DNA of 64,000 nt from Nitrososphaeraceae archaeon (lineage in GTDB: Archaea; Thermoproteota; Nitrososphaeria; Nitrososphaerales; Nitrososphaeraceae): positions 13,723-77,722 of the forward strand of contig DATFEP010000058.1 of assembly GCA_035250975.1 (NCBI GenBank). The letters are read 5' to 3'. The notes beneath the pieces were generated by a model. The model ran no database searches. It was given only the letters and a program-made list of their open reading frames with translations, and was not told the DNA's origin. The first letter of the stretch is position 1, and each line of letters starts with the position of its first letter. The translations under genes and the position numbers were made by a program. Below are positions 34,099 to 43,022 of the stretch, one piece after another.

Positions 34099-34814
34099 TT
34101 TTTTATACTTTTTTATTAGTGGTGATTGATTTACTTGGGGATATAGATTATAATTCAGTTAGAAACAGTGCATATACGTTCAAGTCTTGGTAGAAGTATA
34201 TAAAATTTAGTAATGCGAACAAGTTCGAATATGATTTAATTTAACTGACTCAAAATAGCGTATTGCACATATGTAACTGATATGTATTATAGATATAATA
34301 GTCTAATAATACATGCTACAAGGTGAGTAATACGTATCTGAATTATAGAACTGACGCTTAACATGATTAATCAAAAAAACATACAAAGATATAACAGGAA
34401 AAGCTAAGAAATTAGGACAAGATAGTCTGAAGTTATGAATAAGTAAAAGATATATTTTCATTGAAAAAATTTAAAAAACTACCAAATGATGCAGCTTCGT
34501 ATTCTAGTTTAAGTTACTTTTAGAATTCTACTTAAAGAACTAATTTATCAATTGAGGATAACTAACTGTTCAAGAAAAAATATGAAGTTATTAATATCAA
34601 ATAAAAAGAATCATATATTTATTAACTGTAATTAAGGTTGTATTATAGATCATAATAGTTCTGACATAACATTCTGTCAATCATAAATGAATCAACTTGT
34701 TTGTTGAAGGAAATGCAAAGAATCAATATCAAAATTAATATGAAACACCTTTACTAAAGTTCTAATTAAAAATATTCAAACTTATAGAAATAGATGTTTT
34801 TAAAAAAAAAGAAA

Positions 34815-34961
34815 TCATTGAACGCCAGTTGGTTCCTGTTCTTTTTTGTGTTCTAATTTGATATGCTGTTCTTTCTCTTGCGGAGTTGCAAATAATATGT
34901 TACAAACATCACATTTCAATGAATAGTTATTAGAGTTTTGTTGTGAACTATCGTTGTTCAT
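34815..34961 (-). CDS. 48-aa C2H2 zinc-finger protein; not in the ORF track
   Basis: MNNDSSQQNSNNYSLKCDVCNILFATPQEKEQHIKLEHKKEQEPTGVQ*. Confidence 0.78.
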   Translation of the reverse strand: MNNDSSQQNSNNYSLKCDVCNILFATPQEKEQHIKLEHKKEQEPTGVQ

Positions 34962-35080
34962 ATAATATACTAGCACAATATCGAATAAATTAATTACAGT
35001 ATTCTAACCCAGTAGCACATTTTCCAAATTATCTAGAATTAAATACAATTACTAAATATGATTTTATCCTTATAATAATA

Positions 35081-35782
35081 TTGAAAGGAATTATTTTTGA
35101 TCTTGATGGAGTTCTAGTAGATTCAATGCCATTTCATTATCGAGCTTGGAAAAAAGCATTTAAAGAAATAGCATCGATTGATGTTGATAAAAAACTGATC
35201 TATTCTTTAGAAGGTATGCCTGGAAAACAATTGATTAAAAAAGTATTTCAATTAAAAGAATTTACGAATAATTCGAAAATCGAACAAATAAACAGGAAGA
35301 AAAAAGAATTATTTCTTGGGGACTTAAATTTTAAATGCTTTCCTTCGGTTAAAACAATGATCAACAATCTTCGTTGTACAAAGGGTTTGGTCACTGGTTC
35401 TACAAAAAAAGAAACAGATTTGATATTAAAAAAAATTTTAACGAATAGTAAATTTGAGCAGATAATAACAGGAGATAACGTTAAGAAAGGTAAACCCGAC
35501 CCACAAGCATTTAATCTCTTTTTGAGGAAAACTGGCTTGAAACCAGAAGAAGTTATAGTTGTAGAAAATTCTCCGCTAGGAGTACAAGCCGCAAGGAATT
35601 CTAAAATGAGATGTATTTTAACCTTAAATAATAGTCCCCTAGATTCATCTGAATTCAAAAATTTTATTGATGAAGAAAATATTTTTGAAAACACGCATTC
35701 CGTTTATAATTATTTAAGAAGTTGGTGTAATAACGAAAATAGTAAAAAAATATCTCATATTAAAGCCAAATTTAGCTCTTAA
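35081..35782 (+). CDS. HAD-superfamily phosphatase (beta-phosphoglucomutase-like)
   Basis: FDLDGVLVDS, VTGS, GKPDP, VVENSPLGV. Confidence 0.93.
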   Translation: MKGIIFDLDGVLVDSMPFHYRAWKKAFKEIASIDVDKKLIYSLEGMPGKQLIKKVFQLKEFTNNSKIEQINRKKKELFLGDLNFKCFPSVKTMINNLRCTKGLVTGSTKKETDLILKKILTNSKFEQIITGDNVKKGKPDPQAFNLFLRKTGLKPEEVIVVENSPLGVQAARNSKMRCILTLNNSPLDSSEFKNFIDEENIFENTHSVYNYLRSWCNNENSKKISHIKAKFSS

Positions 35783-35829
35783 TTTTTTGGACAATAATAA
35801 CAAAATTATATATAATATATAATAATTAA

Positions 35830-36405
35830 AAAGGTTGGAACGATTAGTAGATAAATTGTGTAGGAAAGTATTATTCAATTATAGATTCCAATCTCTATAC
35901 AAAACCGCAAAGTACGATAGCGATTTATGTGGCTGGAATGGGTAAACAATCAGCCCGACTAGCTGTATCAGAGGCACATGGATTCATTACCACAGAACAG
36001 AATATTATAGATGAAAATCTTTTTTCAGAAATAAAAAATATACTAGCTGCTTCGGGATCATAGAAATTTTGAGAAGATATTATCTTTGCCCGCATCCTAC
36101 GACGAGGACAGGCAGATGGCGGTTAAATCTATTCAATTTTGGAAGGGTGTACAAATACCAGCATTTTTGAAGTCGATATACATGATCCAAGAGAAATAGA
36201 AAAAAATGGAAACTAGTAGGAGATGATTACATGGAAAAAATTTTCTAGTATTTATTACTTTAGATGAAGGAATAAAAAAATTGGAAAAATATGTGGAATT
36301 AGGCTTTAGTGAAATTGTACTCATTAATTGAGCCCCAATCCATCAAATTTGTTATTTTCAATTTCAGATAAAATAAATCCAATATTCAACAACAAGCAAA
36401 TTTAG
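35830..36405 (+). pseudogene. LLM-class F420-dependent oxidoreductase pseudogene (C-terminal part)
   Basis: GKYYSIIDSNLYTKPQSTIAIYVAGMGKQSARLAVSEAHGFIT, then frameshifted FWKGVQIP..., DIHDPREIEKNG and EGIKKLEKYVELGFSEIVLIN*. Confidence 0.75.
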
Positions 36406-36520
36406 AACCAATATTTTAGTCATTTTATCTATTGATAGCCTCAAAATTTCTTTTGGTTACCTGCTTCTTATTAGCAATCTATTTCCAAAAATACTAAAAT
36501 GAACTATCAATTTTAGATCA

Positions 36521-36925
36521 TTATTGTTTATTGTTAAGAATGGCACTGCCACGTATTTGGTAAACTAATGTGCCTACCAATATCGAAATACTTACAATAG
36601 TCACTACGAAGAAGACATTGGCTACTTGAACCACCTGTTCCCCAACAACTGCAACAAGTATCGCATAAACCACTACAATAAATCCAATTAATGAGAATAA
36701 CCCTAAGATGATAAGTCTCAAATTGCTTACCCCTTTCAAATAGCCTTTATCAAATTCATTACTTTCTAATTTTTCCTGTAAACTATTTACCTTTTTAAAA
36801 AAACCACCTTCCTTTGATTCTGATTTTTTTTCATTATTTTCTGCTATTGTATCTTCTGCTATTGTATCTTTCTGATTTTGTTCACTTATGGAAGGACTAT
36901 TTGCAGGAACAGATTCTTTTTCCAT
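36521..36925 (-). CDS. Two-TM membrane protein with a disordered N-terminus
   Basis: Two hydrophobic segments; DTIAE 15-bp duplication. Confidence 0.75.
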   Translation of the reverse strand: MEKESVPANSPSISEQNQKDTIAEDTIAENNEKKSESKEGGFFKKVNSLQEKLESNEFDKGYLKGVSNLRLIILGLFSLIGFIVVVYAILVAVVGEQVVQVANVFFVVTIVSISILVGTLVYQIRGSAILNNKQ

Positions 36926-37205
36926 AAAGAAAATAATACAACATTCTATTTATACAGAATAACAGATTAATGCGAATTACTTGAAATAATCCATATTTCA
37001 AGAATTTTATTGTTAGGTCAAATAATCATATGTACTAATTTGATAAGGACTAAATGTTGGAATAATTGAAAGCCATAATTAGGCAGATATGATTTTATTT
37101 ATATCAGTATATTGCCTGACGATTTTACAACTAAGCTAGATTTGCATGTTAACGTGGCATAGATATAACATGCACCAGACGATGAACGAAAACTGATCAT
37201 GTATC

Positions 37206-37364
37206 TTAACCAATAAGCTGATCTACTTCGAATTCTTCTATATTTTTTTCTGATTTGTTGTAATCTTTGACGGAATTAACATAATCTAGTGCTTTTTTTT
37301 CTGTTGAAAAAATTCCGTCAATGGTTATTCTATCAGATTCGTTCCATATTACCCATACTTTCAT
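37206..37364 (-). CDS. 52-aa small protein; not in the ORF track
   Basis: MKVWVIWNESDRITIDGIFSTEKKALDYVNSVKDYNKSEKNIEEFEVDQLIG*; CTTAAA box upstream. Confidence 0.7.
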   Translation of the reverse strand: MKVWVIWNESDRITIDGIFSTEKKALDYVNSVKDYNKSEKNIEEFEVDQLIG

Positions 37365-38128
37365 AAAATATAATGAACATAATCGAATTTAAGCATGTTT
37401 TTGTTTCATAGTAATGAATGCTACTACTGTGTGATAATATCATGGTTTTATAGAAAATATGAAAATATGCTAGAATAATCTATTGATTTATAATTCTGTC
37501 AGCATTATTTTATAGCGCTAAGTACTATTTCCCTGCTCTCCAGCGCTAGAACTTTGCATATGATATGTTCTGCAAATAGTTTTTTATATAGATAGAATGT
37601 TCTTAACTATATTTCTTGATTGTAGATAGAGTTGTTGTATTTAGATTTTTTTCTACTTTTTCTAATTACCCTGTATCAGTATAGATATGTTATCCCATGT
37701 TGATATAACTATTCATTTATTTTCTTTTATCTTTGCACATAATTTTCGTTGATATGCGCTTCCCCATGTAACTCGAAATGAAATTTTTTTGAAATCACAA
37801 GACATCTAGTTAAAAAAATTTTTTCTTCATGTGGACGATGTTCATGATTTACAATTTAAGTTTTTAACTTTTAAAATGTTACTTACCAAAAATCATTCAT
37901 GTACCACATACACACTATAGGAAATATATTCAACTAATGTACGAAATTATTTAGTACAATTAATGTAAAAGTTAGAAGCAATTTACCAGGGGCAGAGAAA
38001 TTCTATTCTTTTTAATATATGCCGTATAACATTAAAAACAAAATAAAAAATCTTAAGGAATTTGAGATAATTTCTTTATAATTTCGATCTGTTCAAAAGC
38101 TGTCTGAAGCTTTTTTATCCATTCACAT

Positions 38129-38356
38129 TTAATTCATCAACCTTTCCAAAAAAGACTTTCCCATCTTTGAAACTTTCATTAATCCTTCATCGTCAATAAA
38201 TAAAAATCCTTTCTCTAACAGAAAATCAGAATAAAATTTAAATTTAGAATGAGATAAAGCAAATTTACTTATTATATGAGATCTTCTTTTTCCATCGATA
38301 CAAGCCTCAAGAATTGAAAAAATGATACTGATTTTACTTTTATATTTATGACTCAT
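38129..38356 (-). CDS. Winged helix-turn-helix protein (archaeal HTH_45-like)
   Basis: SKISIIFSILE...RSHII...LS...YSDFLLEKGFL...VSKMGKSFL. Confidence 0.85.
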   Translation of the reverse strand: MSHKYKSKISIIFSILEACIDGKRRSHIISKFALSHSKFKFYSDFLLEKGFLFIDDEGLMKVSKMGKSFLERLMN

Positions 38357-38680
38357 AGTAATATATGTACATAAACATTTATAATTGTTGAAATACCAAT
38401 GTCAGGATGTTAGATTATAAACATCTTTTGATATATCTCCATGTAAATACTATAGATGATAATTTTCAAGCATTTTATCAAGGGATTACATCAGGACATT
38501 TGAGCTAATACGTTCTAACAAGTAGTTTCTAATATCAAGATCCAATTTTTTGTTTTAAAACACAAGGATCTTATTTGTGAAATCTGTAAATAATGGTTGC
38601 CATCCCGTAATCATTACACTAGCTCTTTTACCCTATTATTTTGTAATTATAATGCTAATAAACAATATCGTCTATTTAAT

Positions 38681-38833
38681 ATTGACCACAAGCGGTCGAT
38701 CTTTTTCTGTCCACATGAGCTAAAACGCTCCTCGCTCGTGTGGACAGCCTAATAAAGAATAACGTCCTGTTAACATTGCTGCAAAAGGACCATCGAAGAA
38801 AACCATAGACCTCGCCCAGAGAGATTACCTGGC
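38681..38833 (+). ncRNA. Candidate structured ncRNA (family not recognised)
   Basis: Four consecutive hairpins, including a 14-bp stem 38707-38720/38734-38747; G.U pairs favour the + strand; TTATAA about 30 nt upstream. Confidence 0.45.
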
Positions 38834-38943
38834 ACTAAAATATAATCTTATTAAATAATGAAGATTATATTATATTACCAATGATCAGCACCGACTAAGT
38901 TCATACTAGTTGATGATCGATATTATGGATCCTCAACTTTCTT

Positions 38944-40836
38944 TTATGATTTTATTTCCAAAGAAAATCCAAATTCTGCTCCTTTTCCATCTTTGTTATT
39001 CATGCCCCATATTCTTCCACCATGAGCTTCAACAATACTTTTTGCAATATATAAGCCAAGTCCAGTCCCAGAAATTGATTTGGAAGCAAATTTCTGAAAG
39101 AGCCTAGGTAGAATGTCGGAATGTATTCCATGACCTGTATCCTTTATCCTTACAACAGCAAATTCTTTATTTTGTTCTTTGTCATGTTCTTTTTCTATTG
39201 TTGTTATAACAGTTCCTTCTTGTGTAAACTTTACTGCATTTGTTAATAAATTATTGACCACTTGATAGATCCTTACCTTGTCAGCAAACACCATGATAGG
39301 TTCTTTCGGCTGCAGAAAAATAAGATTTATTTTATGATTTCTTACTGATTCTATACCTACTGTTAAATCATTTATTACGTTATTTACTTTTTCATTCAAG
39401 TCAAATTTAGACCTATCAAGTTTTAAAGTTCCAGCTTCAATTCTTGTAACATCTAATATATCTTCAATGAGTATAGACAATCTCTTTGCATTTCTTTTCA
39501 GTGGTCCAAGATATTTTTTAAAATTTTCAGGAAAAGTGTCTATCATTTCGATATATCCTGTTACCGATTGAGTAGGTGTTCTTAATTCATGGGCTGCTAT
39601 GTTAATAAATTCTTTTTGCAGTATGTCATGTTGTTTTAATCGCTCATTACTTTTTTCTAATAATAAGATTGTATTTTTTAGGTCAGCCGTTTTTTTTGCT
39701 ACTACTTTTTTCAAGGTATTATTGAATAATCCTTGCATAACAACGAGAATAATTACTATACTTACAGTTAAAATTAGCGATCCCATGGTAAAGTTTTGTT
39801 GCTGTGAAATAAGATCATTAACTTCATGAGCGAAAACATGGGGTATAGAAAGTACAACGTAAAATACATTTTGATCATCAATACGCACGGGAGTGTATGA
39901 TATTGTCGACATATTTCCATTTTTATCGATTAAATCTGTATTACCTGATTTTCCAGATAGTACCAAGTCTTTTATTTTAGGTAAAAGTATAGAGTTAGGA
40001 GGATCATATTGACTTTGGGTAAGTTTCCCGTTTATTTTGCCATCCTGTAAAAGGTTGTAAAATTTTTCGCTGGAAGAATAAATTAGTTTGCCATCCCTGT
40101 CAAGAATAGATACTGACGGATTATTTTTTAATGAAATTTGATTCTTCATTAGTTCGCCCATTTTAGATATATCTATTGCCGCATATGTTGTACCTATGAA
40201 ATTTTTTTGAGATGTTGCTTCTTCATCTTGCTGGGTTCTTACCATTTCATAAAGATCTTTGGTTGTGTAACTATAACTAAAATCTAATAGAGTGGTATTT
40301 GTGGAAGTTAAAAAAATTGGATACGAAAGAAACATTGTGGACACGTTTAATAAAGAAGGTATAAATGGTGTAAAATACGTTCCTGATGTGGATCTTATCT
40401 GTTCAAAATATTTGCTGAATGCAACCTTAGAACCCAAAAATTTATTATAGATATCCTTATCATGAAAATTAGTTGACCATTTTATATTTCCTATTTCATC
40501 GCTCCAACCATAGTAAGAAGTCAATGACTTCGTAGCGCCTTGTGAAGCTTCCAAGATTGTTATTGAGGTTAATTTATTTCCTTTTAGTGCAGGAGTATTG
40601 CTCAACAGATTGAGCTGGTTAGAAATATCTTCTAACCGATATGTTAAAGCTTCTGCTAATTGCTTCGTCTGACTGTCTATATTTGTTTTAATATTTTGTA
40701 CTGCAATAGTGTCTATCCTAACAGAATTATTTAGAAAGAAGGAATAGGTAGAAATGGATGTAAACAGCAACATCATGGTAATTACTACAATAAGGGATCG
40801 AACAGAGGAGACCGATTTAAGAAAAGAAAAAGTCAT
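38944..40836 (-). CDS. Membrane sensor histidine kinase (Cache-like sensor, HisKA, HATPase)
   Basis: Two TM segments; AAHELRTP, NLLTNAVKF, DTGHG, GTGLGL. Confidence 0.95.
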   Translation of the reverse strand: MTFSFLKSVSSVRSLIVVITMMLLFTSISTYSFFLNNSVRIDTIAVQNIKTNIDSQTKQLAEALTYRLEDISNQLNLLSNTPALKGNKLTSITILEASQGATKSLTSYYGWSDEIGNIKWSTNFHDKDIYNKFLGSKVAFSKYFEQIRSTSGTYFTPFIPSLLNVSTMFLSYPIFLTSTNTTLLDFSYSYTTKDLYEMVRTQQDEEATSQKNFIGTTYAAIDISKMGELMKNQISLKNNPSVSILDRDGKLIYSSSEKFYNLLQDGKINGKLTQSQYDPPNSILLPKIKDLVLSGKSGNTDLIDKNGNMSTISYTPVRIDDQNVFYVVLSIPHVFAHEVNDLISQQQNFTMGSLILTVSIVIILVVMQGLFNNTLKKVVAKKTADLKNTILLLEKSNERLKQHDILQKEFINIAAHELRTPTQSVTGYIEMIDTFPENFKKYLGPLKRNAKRLSILIEDILDVTRIEAGTLKLDRSKFDLNEKVNNVINDLTVGIESVRNHKINLIFLQPKEPIMVFADKVRIYQVVNNLLTNAVKFTQEGTVITTIEKEHDKEQNKEFAVVRIKDTGHGIHSDILPRLFQKFASKSISGTGLGLYIAKSIVEAHGGRIWGMNNKDGKGAEFGFSLEIKS

Positions 40837-41754
40837 AATGAATTTAAAAAGTTGGTATTATTAAATAGTTTGTGGTATAATTTTCATAATCTCTATCGAT
40901 CATTGAATTTCAGCCAAGCTAAAAAAAAGAATCATCACGTTATAAGAATGAATTTGATAGAATTGGATGCTTTACTAATATAGTGATTGTCATTGATTTT
41001 GGTGATTTCATTTTTTATATTTTTAACAAACTCACACATTAAAATCACCTTCGTTTTTTAATGATGCCTTCTTATAGTAATCTAATAATAAAATATATCT
41101 TTAAACCGATATTACGACATTATGAATTCAGTTCTCCAAATTTCTATTTATGATATATAAAAAGTATCTTGAAATCATTTTGTTATGTGCTGCTACGAAT
41201 TGAGTGAGAAATGTTAGTTTACTCCAATTCGTATAAAATTGATGATTTATAGTTTATAAATTCGTTCTATGTAAATAATAGTTATTATTATTTCAAATAT
41301 ACTTTTTTGTCCATAACTTAGTTAAGTAATAAAGAATATTAGTAAACGGATGTCTCTAACAAAACCGATCGATCAAAGTAAAAAGTACCTAAAAATTTCA
41401 AAAGCGACATCAGGATATCTGGAGGTAGATCTATTTAAGAATGCTGATTTAAATAAAGGTTATTTCCGTAATAATTGTTTGTACTTTTACTTATATAATG
41501 ATTGTAAAATCGAGATTTTGCATCTTAAACCATTATTCAATAATATAAAAAGCCTCGCAGATTTCAGGTGATGTATATGGATAAAAGACGGATGGATAAG
41601 GGTTTAAGATATCTCTTACTAACCTAAAAAATTACTGAAATAGGCCCGATCATTTTTTTTGTCAAAAAATTGATGAGAACTATTGTTTTCTAAGAAAATG
41701 AATATAATAAAGAATGTCTAAATAGGAGTACCACATATTATATAAGGATTTCAA

Positions 41755-42174
41755 ATGAAACCACTAGAAAATAATAATCAAGTTATTTTGATGGTGGATG
41801 ATGAGGTAGATATCTTGGAACTATTCGGAGAGTTTCTGAGATCAGAAGGTTATAATGTACAACTTTTTACAGAACCCAGTGAACTATTAAAATATTTTTA
41901 CGATAATCCTAACTGCTCGGTTATAATAACAGATTATAAAATGCCTGAAATGGGAGGAATAGATTTGATAAAAAAAATTAGAGAAATTGATAAAGAGTTT
42001 AAAATAAAATTAATATTAATTAGTGCATATTTAGAGGACGGAATCACTAGCAGATATAGTGCCAATGAATTAGAAAATCTGAAAATTGATAAAATCCTAG
42101 AGAAACCGTTAAAGATTACAGAATTAACAAGTATAGTAAAAAAATTGATTGAAATTGAAGCATCAGCAGTGTAG
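41755..42174 (+). CDS. Stand-alone response regulator receiver
   Basis: MVDDE, IITDYKMP, ISA, EKP. Confidence 0.93.
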   Translation: MKPLENNNQVILMVDDEVDILELFGEFLRSEGYNVQLFTEPSELLKYFYDNPNCSVIITDYKMPEMGGIDLIKKIREIDKEFKIKLILISAYLEDGITSRYSANELENLKIDKILEKPLKITELTSIVKKLIEIEASAV

Positions 42175-42256
42175 TCACTGCATTAATAAAAATACGACAA
42201 ATGACAATTATTACATGAATTTTGTTGTTTATATCAGTCAATTTTTTTTGTTTATA

Positions 42257-42325
42257 TCTAGCTCATTTTTAATGGTATTTCTAGCTCATTTTTAATGGTA
42301 TTTCTAGCTCATTTTTAATGGTATT
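42257..42325. repeat. Three tandem copies of a 23-bp unit
   Basis: tctagctcatttttaatggtatt x3, identical, no spacers. Confidence 0.92.
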
Positions 42326-43022
42326 TTCCATCAAACCCCAATTAAAAACCGTATATATATACCAAAAGCTCTGTCCCTCTATCACCTTACCATAGTTGGC
42401 AGGACATTTAGAAAGATACTGTAATAGATACTCTGTATTTTTTAGATAAAAAAATTGAATGTAAGTATGTTATTCTCAAATTAGTTTTCAAGATAAAACA
42501 ATAAAATTTTACGTAAAGATAGAATCAATCTCATTAAAAGAAATAGTTGCAAGATTTATGTTGTCTCTGTCTATTGTATTCCCTTTATTCAATTAATGGT
42601 TTTTTGTGATACAAATAGCATAAATACAATGTCCAGGATTACATCCTCACACATATCACATTTTGAAATAAAATATGATGGGTTAATACTGCTTTTTGTT
42701 TGACTTTGATTGATTCATAGAATATTTATTAAAAATTACTGATAGAACCTCATCTAATAGATATAAACAACAAAAAATTGACTGATATAAACAACAAAAT
42801 TCATGCAATAGTGACGACAAAAATCTTCTTTATGATTTCTTCGTAAAACCAGTTTCATAAACATTCAAGTATACAATAAGACCAAATAGAAAGACCAGAT
42901 TCAATATACATTGAGCGATTTATTAAATGTTGAAATAACAAAGGACAGATGTCATTGAACTAGATGACATCAACAGAAGTACTCGAAACGAGGTGTAATA
43001 CATGTGGTGGGATAATATAGTT

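Noticed and set aside
42257-42325. Possible CRISPR array
   Set aside because: Units are directly adjacent with no spacers, and there are no cas genes in the window.
42948-42971. 8-bp inverted repeat gatgtcat/atgacatc downstream of ligD
   Set aside because: It is a single short hairpin without a U-tract or a second copy, so it could be chance.
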